A DNA stretch of 64,000 bases, from positions 736,001 through 800,000 of the forward strand of contig CAXXHO010000005.1 of assembly GCA_963667725.2 (NCBI GenBank), given 5' to 3'. Shown in pieces: positions 18,153 to 26,708 of this stretch. Under the pieces are notes generated by a model. It did not search any database. It had not been told where the DNA came from and saw only the letters and a list, made by a program, of their open reading frames with translations. The position numbers and the translations under genes were made by a program. How positions within the stretch are numbered: the first letter of the stretch is position 1; each line of letters opens with the position of its first letter. This DNA is from Treponemataceae bacterium (GTDB lineage: Bacteria > Spirochaetota > Spirochaetia > Treponematales > Rectinemataceae).

Positions 18153-18276
18153 GACAGGATAACGGGATGAGCAGGATTTACGGAAGAAGGATTTAGGTAA
18201 AGAGAAGATAAGAAGGAAAGACGATTTTTTAATAAAAGCTTTTTCCTGTAGGTCCTGAAGGTCCTGGTATCCTGTC
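18153..18276. repeat. CAGGA hairpin repeat R11 (124-bp subtype)
   Basis: GACAGGATAACGGGA...GTCCTGGTATCCTGTC. Confidence 0.93.
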
Positions 18277-18308
18277 CAATTATATCATTTTTCGGTATTA
18301 TCCATGTA

Positions 18309-19601
18309 ATGCCCACTATTCAAACCTATACGGCTATCATCATTGGAGCGGGGCCGTCGGGCCTCTTCGCCGCCATTCGACTCGCCGAAGCCATCGGCGG
18401 CGGCGAGGGCATCCTCGTTCTCGAGCGCCGCGAGAAACCCGCCCGCAAGCTGCTTCTCTCAGGGTCAGGCCAGTGCAACCTCACCCACGCGGGGGAAATA
18501 GCCGACTTCCTCGGCCACTACGGCGGCGGACCGAAGGCCGAATCGGCCGCACGCTTCCTAAAACCCGCCCTCTACGCCTTCACTAACGAGGAACTCCTCG
18601 CCTGGTTTGGCGCCCGGGGCATCGAATTCGAGACCGAGGATTCGGGCAAAGTCTTCCCCGCCGACCGCCGCGCCACTTCCGTTCTCAAGATTCTCCAGGA
18701 CGAAGCCTATCGCCTGGGCGTGCGCATAGCGGCGAACAGCCGCGTCAGCGGCATAAGCGTCTCAGAGGGCTTTCTCGTACGGGTGGAAGCGGTGACCGCC
18801 GATGCTCCGGCTGCTCCGGAGCCCGCCGAATATCGCGCCCCGATTGTCCTGATCGCCACGGGAGGCTTGTCCTACCCCAAAACCGGCAGCACGGGTGACG
18901 GCTACGCGCTCGCGGCCTCCTTGGGACATCGCGTCGTCCCGCCCAGGCCGGCTCTCGCGCCCGTTTACGTCCGGAACTTCGCCCTCAATCCTCTCGCTGG
19001 GCTTTCCTTCCATGACGCGGGCCTTTCGGTGCTTCGCGAGGGCAAGCGGGTCTTTTCCGCTGAAGGCGACCTTCTCATAACTCACGAAGGCCTCTCGGGA
19101 CCTCTCATCCTCGACGCGTCGCGCCATATCGCGCCGGGCGACAGTCTCGAGGTCAATTTTGTCGATGTTGCTATCGAGGAATTCCGGAACCGCCTGGACG
19201 CCGAGCTCAAAGCCAATCCCCGGCGCCTGGTCCGCACGGCCCTCGCCGATCTCGGCCTGGCCAAAAACATGGCTGAACTATTCTGCGACCTTTCGGGCAT
19301 AACCAAGGAAGAAACCGCGGCGGCCCTTCCCCGCGCCAAGAGGGAAGCGCTCTGCCGCTTCGCCTGCGCCCATCCCTTCTTCGTGGCTCGCCTCGGCACG
19401 CTTGAGGTGGCCATGGTCACCGCGGGAGGCGTCGATCTCGCCGAGGTGAATCCCGGCAGCATGGAGTCGCGCATCGTCCCCGGCCTCTTCTTCGCGGGCG
19501 AGGTCCTCGACATCGACGGCGACACTGGCGGCTATAATCTCCAGGCCGCCTTCTCGACCGGCTCCCTCGCGGCCAAGAGTATGGCTATGAGAAAGAATTA
19601 G
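18309..19601 (+). CDS. HI0933/YhiN-family NAD(P)/FAD-dependent oxidoreductase
   Basis: IIGAGPSG, KLLLSGSGQCNLT, ATGGLSYPKTGSTGDGY, GEVLDIDGDTGGYNLQAA. Confidence 0.93.
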   Translation: MPTIQTYTAIIIGAGPSGLFAAIRLAEAIGGGEGILVLERREKPARKLLLSGSGQCNLTHAGEIADFLGHYGGGPKAESAARFLKPALYAFTNEELLAWFGARGIEFETEDSGKVFPADRRATSVLKILQDEAYRLGVRIAANSRVSGISVSEGFLVRVEAVTADAPAAPEPAEYRAPIVLIATGGLSYPKTGSTGDGYALAASLGHRVVPPRPALAPVYVRNFALNPLAGLSFHDAGLSVLREGKRVFSAEGDLLITHEGLSGPLILDASRHIAPGDSLEVNFVDVAIEEFRNRLDAELKANPRRLVRTALADLGLAKNMAELFCDLSGITKEETAAALPRAKREALCRFACAHPFFVARLGTLEVAMVTAGGVDLAEVNPGSMESRIVPGLFFAGEVLDIDGDTGGYNLQAAFSTGSLAAKSMAMRKN

Positions 19602-19748
19602 ACATGATCACATGATTGATCATGATCGACGGGAAAGAAGAATAGGTTAAAGAAAGATCTTCTATTTCTTTTTTCTCTTTCTCTCTTTCTTTCTTTCTTT
19701 AATAAAATCTTTTTCCTGTAGATCCTCCCCAGTCCCGTAGATCCTGTC
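19601..19748. repeat. Divergent repeat copy R12
   Basis: GACATGATCACATGA...purine then pyrimidine core...CCTGTAGATCC...GATCCTGTC. Confidence 0.8.
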
Positions 19749-19781
19749 TAAATTAGGCGCCGCAACGCGTCGATCATTAGG

Positions 19782-19825
19782 CGAAAAGTTAAAAATTGGG
19801 GTCTGACCCCTTTTTTTAACTTTCG
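19782..19825. repeat. GGGGTCTGACCCC palindrome (second repeat family); possible terminator
   Basis: CGAAAAGTTAAAAA-TTGGGGTCTGACCCC-TTTTTTTAACTTTCG; related copies near 6817-6843, 7840-7873, 9189-9216, 16104-16130. Confidence 0.7.
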
Positions 19826-20850
19826 TAGTAGCGGGCGAGGTCGTAGGGGGGGTAGATGCCCTTGTCGGTGACGATGCCGTCGCAGAGTTTGGGCGGGGTG
19901 ATGTCGAAGGCGGGGTAGAAGCCGTGCACGCCCCGCATGGCGGTGCGGACGCCCATGGCTTCGAGGACGTCGTTCTCGTCGCGCTCTTCGATTTTCACCG
20001 TGTCGATGGTGGGGTGCTGGCGGTTGGGCGAGCCCGTGCAGAAGTAGGGTATGCCCCAATAGCGCGCCGCGAGGGCGATTTGGAAGGTGCCGACCTTGTT
20101 GACGATGTGGCCGTCCATGCAGATGACGTCGGCGGCCGAGGTGAAGACGTCGACGTGTTTGGCTTTCATGGTGTAGCCGGGCATGTTGTCGGTGATGACG
20201 GTGACGTCGAAGTCCATGTCGCGCACGACGGATGCGGTGAGGCGGGCGCCTTGGAAGTAGGGTCTGGTCTCGGGGCAGATGACTTTGATGGTTTTACCTC
20301 GGCTCCGGCATTCGCGCAGCATCATGCCGACGATGGTTTCGGCGAAGCACTGGGTCATGACGGTGCCGTTGTCGGGGAACTGGTCGACGAGGTATCTCGC
20401 GCCAGCGGCGCTGCGGGCGTAGCGTTTGTTCACCGCGTCGATGGTGTGCTCGAAGACGGCTTTGTCGGGCGCCTTGCCGGCGGCTTTCGCCTCGATGGCC
20501 ACCTTGGCGCAGGCTTCCGTGATCGTGGCCATTTTTTCGGCCGTGGTGGGGCGGGCGTGGGAGATTTCAAAGGATGCCTTGGCGATGCGCACGGCAAAAT
20601 CGCTCGCGCCTTCTAAGGCGATCTGGCGCGCGGCGAGGGCCATGCCCATGCCGGCGGCCACGTAGGGGCCCCCCGACTGGGTGACCATGGCTTTGATGGC
20701 CAAGATGACGTCCGCGTAGGTTCTGCAGGTGACATATTCGATCCTGGCGGGATAGACGCGGCGGTCGAGGATGCGCACCGTTTCGCCGTCGTACCAGGCG
20801 ACGTTTTCGTACATGAGCATGAAGGCGAGGTCTTTGTCCTGTCGTTCCAC
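19816..20850 (-). CDS. mtnA: S-methyl-5-thioribose-1-phosphate / 5-deoxyribose-1-phosphate isomerase
   Basis: GTG start after AAGGAG. LDRR, ARPT, ETRPYFQGARLTA, NKVGT, YPAFDITP. Confidence 0.88.
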   Translation of the reverse strand: MERQDKDLAFMLMYENVAWYDGETVRILDRRVYPARIEYVTCRTYADVILAIKAMVTQSGGPYVAAGMGMALAARQIALEGASDFAVRIAKASFEISHARPTTAEKMATITEACAKVAIEAKAAGKAPDKAVFEHTIDAVNKRYARSAAGARYLVDQFPDNGTVMTQCFAETIVGMMLRECRSRGKTIKVICPETRPYFQGARLTASVVRDMDFDVTVITDNMPGYTMKAKHVDVFTSAADVICMDGHIVNKVGTFQIALAARYWGIPYFCTGSPNRQHPTIDTVKIEERDENDVLEAMGVRTAMRGVHGFYPAFDITPPKLCDGIVTDKGIYPPYDLARYYES

Positions 20851-20900
20851 GGTTGTCTCCTTGTCGAGAAATTCTATGCTATGGCTTTGTTTATTTTTTT

Positions 20901-21059
20901 GACAGGATAACAGGAAAGACCAGGATTGACAGGAAAGAGAAGAAAAGATTTTGGGTAAAGAAAGAGAGAAGAAAAAATTGGCTGTGTCCATGTAATACTA
21001 AATCTTCTCTTTACCCTATTCATAGTCTTGTTCATCCTCTCTTGCCTGTTGATCCTGTC
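20901..21059. repeat. Divergent repeat copy R13, inside the operon
   Basis: GACAGGATAACAGGAAAGACCAGGATTGACAGGA...CCTGTTGATCCTGTC. Confidence 0.85.
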
Positions 21060-21074
21060 AAAGTGTCGGCGCCC

Positions 21075-21719
21075 CTAGTCGGGCAAGCCCAGCCGGGCCT
21101 TTATGGCCTTGACGGCCTCTTCGGGAATGGTCTGGATCTTGCCGGCGCCGAGGGCGAGCGAGTAGATCTTGGCCGCGTCCTCGACGTAGATGGCGCGCAG
21201 ATGGGCCTGCTCGATGGTGGAGCCGACGGCGACGGCCCCGTGGTTGCGCATGAGGCAGGCGTTGCGCTTCGCGAGGCTTTCGACGACGCGCTCGCCCAGG
21301 GCTACGGTGCCGGGCATGGCGAAGTCGGAGACGGGGATGTCGCCGCCTATGTAGGCCAGCATTTCGATGAGGATGAGGGGGATGGGCATGCAGGTGACCG
21401 CGAAGCTCGTCGCGTAGGGCGAATGGGTGTGGACGACGCCGAAGATGTCGGGGCGTCCGTTCATGATGGCGGTGTGCATGCGCCACTCGGAGGAGGGCCG
21501 GTGCCTGCCCTCGACGATGGATCCGTCGCTCATCCGGATCACCATGATGTCGTCCAGGGTCATTTTCTCGTAGCGGAAGGAGCTTGGCGTGATGGCCAGG
21601 AATTCCTTGGCCTCGTCGCAGGCGCTCAGGTTGCCGCTCGTGCCCGCGAAGAGGCCTTCGTCGTAGGCCATGAGGGTGTTTTCGAGCACTTTTTCCTTCA
21701 ATTCCCTTATCGTCAGCAT
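21075..21719 (-). CDS. Class II aldolase (fuculose-1-phosphate aldolase-like)
   Basis: Start MLTIRE. GTSGNLS, ITPS, PSSEWRMH, VVHTHSPYA, MRNHG. Confidence 0.9.
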   Translation of the reverse strand: MLTIRELKEKVLENTLMAYDEGLFAGTSGNLSACDEAKEFLAITPSSFRYEKMTLDDIMVIRMSDGSIVEGRHRPSSEWRMHTAIMNGRPDIFGVVHTHSPYATSFAVTCMPIPLILIEMLAYIGGDIPVSDFAMPGTVALGERVVESLAKRNACLMRNHGAVAVGSTIEQAHLRAIYVEDAAKIYSLALGAGKIQTIPEEAVKAIKARLGLPD

Positions 21720-22948
21720 AGGTTCCTCTTTTCGCGTAGCGATGCCTCTACGAGCGCGCGCAGAAAGTCGCGGCCTTCCCTGTAGTTCCGGCGGTCTTTT
21801 ATGTAGGCCTTGGCGGCGAGAACGACGATCCTTTCGGCTCTCGCCCTGGCCTCGGCCGGTTCTATGGAGGTGAGATCCTTCACCTGGGCCACGCCCACGA
21901 CGCGGCGGATCATCTCGAGTCCGGCCACGCCCGCCGTATCGGCTATGATAGTCGAAAGAAACCATTCGGCGTAACCGGGTGTCCTCCCCATGGGGTCGGT
22001 GGCGCTCTCTTTGTAGAGCGCGAGGAACTTCGCCTTGAAGAGGTCGACGGTGGCGACGATGGTGTCCTCCAGCCAGCCGATGTAGCTGACCGCGGCGGCG
22101 CCCTCCCCCATCGTGACCCGGGCGTTGGCCCAGGCGAAGCAGAAATTGCCGATAACGTTGCCGACGTCGTAGCCTATGGGGCCGAAGTAGGCGAATTCGG
22201 GGTCTATCACCTTGGTGGAGTCTTCCCTGACGAAAATGGAGCCCGAATGGAGGTCGCCGTGGATGAGAGCCTGGGCGTCGTTCATGAAGGCGTACTTGAG
22301 CTTGGCCACTTCGAGATGGAGCTCGGTGTCCGAGAAGAGCTCCTCTTGCGCGAAGGCCGCGTTGGGCGGGAAGACCTTGGTCCTCCCCGGCTTGTTGGTG
22401 TAGGGCTCGGTGTAGACAAGCTGCTCGGTGATGGCGCACAGAGGCGGATTGGTGTAGCGCTTCACGAGTTCTTTCTTCCTTACAGGGTCCATCACCATGT
22501 CGAGGGTGGGCACGAGGGTCTTGGCCATGAAGTCGCTTATGTCTTCGGCGAGCCTGGGGAAAATTTTGTGTTTGATGAGTTCGTAGCGGAGGATGACGTG
22601 GTCGGAGAGGTCCTCCATGGAAAGACAGGCCATCACGGGGTCGTAGTCGTAGACTTCGGGCACGAGGCCGGGGGCCAGCTCGCCTTCCATCTTGAGGATT
22701 TCCGCCTCGATGCGGTTGCGGTCGAAGCCGAGGGTCCGGGAGCCTGAACGCGTGTCGGCGTCGGCGTGCTTGACGATGACGGAGTCGCCGCTGTCCGGAT
22801 CCCTCACCCTGAAGATGAAGTTGATGTTGCCGTCGCCGATCTCCTTGGCCTCGAGCCGCTTCGATGCCGCGAAGCGGGGGAGTCGGTATCGGGCGTATTC
22901 GGCCGCGTCGGCCTCGCCCATGCGGAAATGGCTGTCGAATTTCGGCAT
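21713..22948 (-). CDS. mtnK: S-methyl-5-thioribose / 5-deoxyribose kinase
   Basis: EIGDGNINFIF, LIHGDLHSGS, IDPEFAYFGPIGYDVG, EMIRRVVG. Confidence 0.92.
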   Translation of the reverse strand: MPKFDSHFRMGEADAAEYARYRLPRFAASKRLEAKEIGDGNINFIFRVRDPDSGDSVIVKHADADTRSGSRTLGFDRNRIEAEILKMEGELAPGLVPEVYDYDPVMACLSMEDLSDHVILRYELIKHKIFPRLAEDISDFMAKTLVPTLDMVMDPVRKKELVKRYTNPPLCAITEQLVYTEPYTNKPGRTKVFPPNAAFAQEELFSDTELHLEVAKLKYAFMNDAQALIHGDLHSGSIFVREDSTKVIDPEFAYFGPIGYDVGNVIGNFCFAWANARVTMGEGAAAVSYIGWLEDTIVATVDLFKAKFLALYKESATDPMGRTPGYAEWFLSTIIADTAGVAGLEMIRRVVGVAQVKDLTSIEPAEARARAERIVVLAAKAYIKDRRNYREGRDFLRALVEASLREKRNLC

Positions 22949-22968
22949 AGCTGCGTCCTTCCCCTTCC

Positions 22969-23967
22969 TCAATTATCGCTGGTGCTGGAGTAGTAGGTGG
23001 AAGCGAGGGCCAGGGCAAGCACGACGCCCTTGACCGCGTTCAGCGAATAGTAGGGCACCGACATCATGATGAGGCCGTTTTCCAGTATGCCCACGAGAGA
23101 GGCTCCCACGAAGGTGCCGAAGGCGTTGGGCTTGCCCGCGCCCGCCACGGATCGTCCGATGAAGACGGCCGAGATGGCCGGCATGGCGTAGCCGGCGGCG
23201 CCCTGGATTTGGGCCGACATGTTGCGCGAGGCGACAAGGACCCCTCCCAGGCCTATGAAGGCCGCGGCGAGAAGGCCGGCGTAGACGCGGTAGCGGTAGA
23301 TGGGGATGCCCGAGAGGCGCGCGGCTTCCTTGTTGCCGCCGACGGCGTAGATGTAGCGTCCGTACTTGGTGTAGGTGAGGAATATGTGCACCACGACGAC
23401 GATGACGATCATGATGATGATGATGGTGGGCGCCTGGCCCATGTTCTTGAAGGTCTGGGAGATCTTGCCCAGGGTGTCGGCGCCGTTGGGCCTCGGCATG
23501 CCTTCGGAGAGGGCGCCGCCGCCCGAGTAGGTGAGGCTGAGTCCGTCCAGCATGAACATCATGGCGAGGGTGGCCAGGAGGTCGGGGATCTTGAATTTGA
23601 CGATGAGGAGCATGGTGATCATCATCAGGCCCATGGTGAGGACGAGGGCGAGGGGAATGGCCAGCCACATGCTCATCTGGTACCAGACGATGAAGCTGAT
23701 GACGAGGGATCCCGCCATGGAGGCCATCGAGCCGGAGGAGAGGTCGAAGCCTCCCACGGCGAGGGTGATGGTGAGGCCTATGCCGATGATGGTGGTGATC
23801 GAGATGGACCTCAGGATGGTGATCATGTTGCTGCTGGTGAGAAACATCTTGGGCATGCGCAGGGCGAAAAACGCGAATACCGCGACGAGGGCGATGAGGG
23901 ATGCCCATTTTCCCAAAAAGTCCGAGGCCTTGCCCTTAGGCATGGCCGTGGCTTCCGCTTTCGACAT
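22969..23967 (-). CDS. Sugar ABC transporter permease
   Basis: GGFDLS, YGRYIYAVGGNKEAARLSGI, many TM segments. Confidence 0.92.
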   Translation of the reverse strand: MSKAEATAMPKGKASDFLGKWASLIALVAVFAFFALRMPKMFLTSSNMITILRSISITTIIGIGLTITLAVGGFDLSSGSMASMAGSLVISFIVWYQMSMWLAIPLALVLTMGLMMITMLLIVKFKIPDLLATLAMMFMLDGLSLTYSGGGALSEGMPRPNGADTLGKISQTFKNMGQAPTIIIIMIVIVVVVHIFLTYTKYGRYIYAVGGNKEAARLSGIPIYRYRVYAGLLAAAFIGLGGVLVASRNMSAQIQGAAGYAMPAISAVFIGRSVAGAGKPNAFGTFVGASLVGILENGLIMMSVPYYSLNAVKGVVLALALASTYYSSTSDN

Positions 23968-25490
23968 TATTTGTTGCCCCCCGTGGCGTAGAATAGGATT
24001 TCTTCTTCGGTCGCCGTCCCCGTAGGGAGTTCGGCGACGACGCTGCCGTTGTACATGATATAGATCCTGTCGGTGATGGCCAGGATTTCGTTGATTTCTG
24101 ACGAAGCGTAGAGAACGGCCTTGCCCTTGCCGGCGAGGCCCTGGATCAGCTGGAATATGTCGCGCTTGGCGCCCACGTCGACGCCCTTGGTGGGCTCGTC
24201 CAGCATGTAGACGTCGGAATCGGAGGTGAGCCATTTGCCGACGGCCACTTTCTGCTGATTGCCGCCGGAGAGGAACTTCAGGCGCTGGTACACCGAGGGG
24301 GTTTTTATGCCCAGTTCGGAGACGAGGCGCTTGGCGTTCTGGATTTCGAGGCGCTTCTTGACGAAGGAAAACCTGCCGCAGAATTTTCCGAGGCAGGCGG
24401 CGGAGAGGTTGAAGTAGACGGGTTCGGTGACGAGGACGCCTTCCTTGCGCCTTTCCTCGGGCACGAGGGCGATTTTCTGCCGCACCGCCGTGGTGGGGCT
24501 GCGTATCGCGAGGGCCTTGCCCTTGAGCCTGACCTTTCCGCTTTTCATCCTGTTCGCGCCGAAGAGGAGCTTGCAGAGTTCGGTCTTGCCCGCGCCCACA
24601 AGGCCGCAGACGCCGACGATCTCCCCGCCCCTGATGGTGAAGGACACGTTTTTCACTTTTCCCGCTTCGTCGAAGAGGTTGGCCGCCTCGAACATGACCT
24701 CTCCGATGGCGGTGGGGATCTTGGGGAAGTTTTCCTCGAAGCTGCGCCCGAGCATGAGGTTGACGATCTCGCGGGTGCTGAGATCTTTGTCCACCGTCCT
24801 ATTGGCCACCACGGTGCCGTCCTTCATGACGGTGAGGCTGTGGCAGATCTGGAAGAGTTCGGGGAGGCGGTGGGATATGAAGATGACGCCCACGCCTTCC
24901 TTTTCCGCGAGGTCGCGGACTATCCTGAAAAGTTCCTCGACTTCGCCCATGCTCAAGGGGGCCGTGGGTTCGTCGAGGATGAGGAAGCGGCAGCGCTCTC
25001 TCACCGCGCGGGCGATGAGGACCATCTGCTTTTCGGCGAGGGTGAGACTGGACACCTTGCGGGACACGTCGATATCCATGTGGAGGCGTCCGAGGATTTC
25101 CCTGGCGGATTTCCTCATCCTGCCCCAGCGGATGATGGACTTGCCTTTCATGCCGGTGACGAGGCTGTTGAACATGATGTTTTCGGCCACGGAGAGGTAG
25201 GGGAAGAGGGCCGTGTCCACTTCCTGGTAGACGAGTTCGATGCCGAGCATCTTGGCGGTGCGCGGTTCGCGGATCTCGCGAGTCTCGCCGTCGATGAGGA
25301 TGCTGCCGGTGTAGCCGGCGTTGGCGCCAGCGAGCACCTTCATGAGGGTGGACTTGCCGGCCCCGTTGGCGCCGACGACGGCGCGGATTTCCCCGCTTTT
25401 CATGGAGAAGTCCACGCCGCTCAGGGCTTTGACGCCGGGGAATTCGATGCTGATGCCCTTCATCTCGATGCTGCTGACTGTTTGGCTCAT
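23967..25490 (-). CDS. Sugar ABC transporter ATPase (RbsA-type, two domains)
   Basis: GANGAGKS, LDEPT twice, LSGGNQQK. Confidence 0.95.
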   Translation of the reverse strand: MSQTVSSIEMKGISIEFPGVKALSGVDFSMKSGEIRAVVGANGAGKSTLMKVLAGANAGYTGSILIDGETREIREPRTAKMLGIELVYQEVDTALFPYLSVAENIMFNSLVTGMKGKSIIRWGRMRKSAREILGRLHMDIDVSRKVSSLTLAEKQMVLIARAVRERCRFLILDEPTAPLSMGEVEELFRIVRDLAEKEGVGVIFISHRLPELFQICHSLTVMKDGTVVANRTVDKDLSTREIVNLMLGRSFEENFPKIPTAIGEVMFEAANLFDEAGKVKNVSFTIRGGEIVGVCGLVGAGKTELCKLLFGANRMKSGKVRLKGKALAIRSPTTAVRQKIALVPEERRKEGVLVTEPVYFNLSAACLGKFCGRFSFVKKRLEIQNAKRLVSELGIKTPSVYQRLKFLSGGNQQKVAVGKWLTSDSDVYMLDEPTKGVDVGAKRDIFQLIQGLAGKGKAVLYASSEINEILAITDRIYIMYNGSVVAELPTGTATEEEILFYATGGNK

Positions 25491-25585
25491 TCGTTACCCT
25501 TGCTCCGATGGATGGGCTTGGGTGGCGGCCGCCGCGCGCGGCGGCCGCCATCGGAGCCCCTTTTCTTTTATACGTCGCGCCGGGC

Positions 25586-26668
25586 TTATTTGACCCCGGC
25601 CGCCTTTCTGAGTTCAGCCATCCAGTCGGTGATGTTGTCGACATTGAGGCCGTAGCCGGGGATTATGGTGCCAAGGTTGGTGACGTTGGCGGCCGGCGTC
25701 AGCTGGGTAGCGAGGATGACCGAGGGCTGGAGGATGTATTCGGGGGGCGTGGTCTCGCCGTTGAGTTTCTGCGAGAGGAGGCGGACCGCCGAAATGCCGA
25801 TGTTGGGGAAGTGCGTGGCCACGCATGCTTTCCAGATTTTGTCCTGGGAGCGCATGAAGTTGATGTCCTGGTTGGAGATGTCGATGGTGACGAGGGGGAT
25901 GTCGCTCCTCCCCGCTTCGATGAGGGCCTTGTAGGCGCCGCGGGCATAGGCGTCATAGGCGCTCCAGATCACGTCCACCGTTCCCTTTGGATACTTGGGG
26001 AGGATGGAGGACACGACGGTGGCGATGGAGCCTTCGGAGTCGGCGGGGTTGGAGGGGCCGAGCACTTCGAGGGTTTTGATCTTACCGGCTTCCTCGAATT
26101 TCTTGTAGGTTTCCTGTCTCCTGTCGAAGGGGGGGATGCCGGGGCCGCGCCAGAGCTTGAGCACTCTGATGGGTCTGGGTCTGTCCTTGAGCAGGTCGTC
26201 GACGATGTAGTCGAGGGTGAGGCGGGCCATTTCCTGATCGCTCTGGAACATGGTGGTGACGCCGGGGATGCCTTTGCCTGACGCGTCGGCTATCACGGTG
26301 TCGAAGGTGACGACCTTGATGCCCTTGGCGACGACGTTCTTGACGAGGTCGTAAGAATACTGGGGCTTGCCGTGGGAGATGATCATGCCCTGATAGCCCT
26401 GCTGCGCGCACTGGTTGACGATGTCCTGGAATCTGATATCGTCTCCGTCCGCGGTGAACACGTCTACCTTGATGCCGTAGAGCGCTCCTTCCTTGATGGC
26501 GGCGTCGAATGCCATCTTGAAGATTTCCGTCGATGTCCCGTTGAGTACATAGGCGACTCTGTACCCCTTCGACTTGAACTGCTGACCGATCTGCTTCGCG
26601 TCGGCGCTGGTGAACAGCAGCACCGAAACGAGGGCGATGATCGCGAGCATTGTGGTCGTTTTCTTCAC
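25586..26668 (-). CDS. Sugar ABC transporter substrate-binding protein
   Basis: Signal peptide; class I binding protein features (GIKVVTFD, SAYDAYARGA). Confidence 0.88.
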   Translation of the reverse strand: MKKTTTMLAIIALVSVLLFTSADAKQIGQQFKSKGYRVAYVLNGTSTEIFKMAFDAAIKEGALYGIKVDVFTADGDDIRFQDIVNQCAQQGYQGMIISHGKPQYSYDLVKNVVAKGIKVVTFDTVIADASGKGIPGVTTMFQSDQEMARLTLDYIVDDLLKDRPRPIRVLKLWRGPGIPPFDRRQETYKKFEEAGKIKTLEVLGPSNPADSEGSIATVVSSILPKYPKGTVDVIWSAYDAYARGAYKALIEAGRSDIPLVTIDISNQDINFMRSQDKIWKACVATHFPNIGISAVRLLSQKLNGETTPPEYILQPSVILATQLTPAANVTNLGTIIPGYGLNVDNITDWMAELRKAAGVK

Positions 26669-26708
26669 AATCTGCCTCCTGTTATTGCATGGACACGTTC
26701 GCGTGTCC

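Noticed and set aside
6748..18276. CRISPR array
   Set aside because: Repeats are 60-160 bp and variable, the intervals are whole genes, and no cas genes are present.
6748..18276. Classical integron with attC sites
   Set aside because: Arms contain AAC...GTT but read GGATAAC/GTTATCC rather than RYYYAAC/GTTRRRY; no intI in the window; genes have their own promoters. An integrase elsewhere cannot be excluded.
21075..23018. 647-aa ORF suggesting a large aldolase fusion
   Set aside because: The upstream part is an Arg/Pro-rich alternate frame of mtnK; the aldolase starts at 21719.
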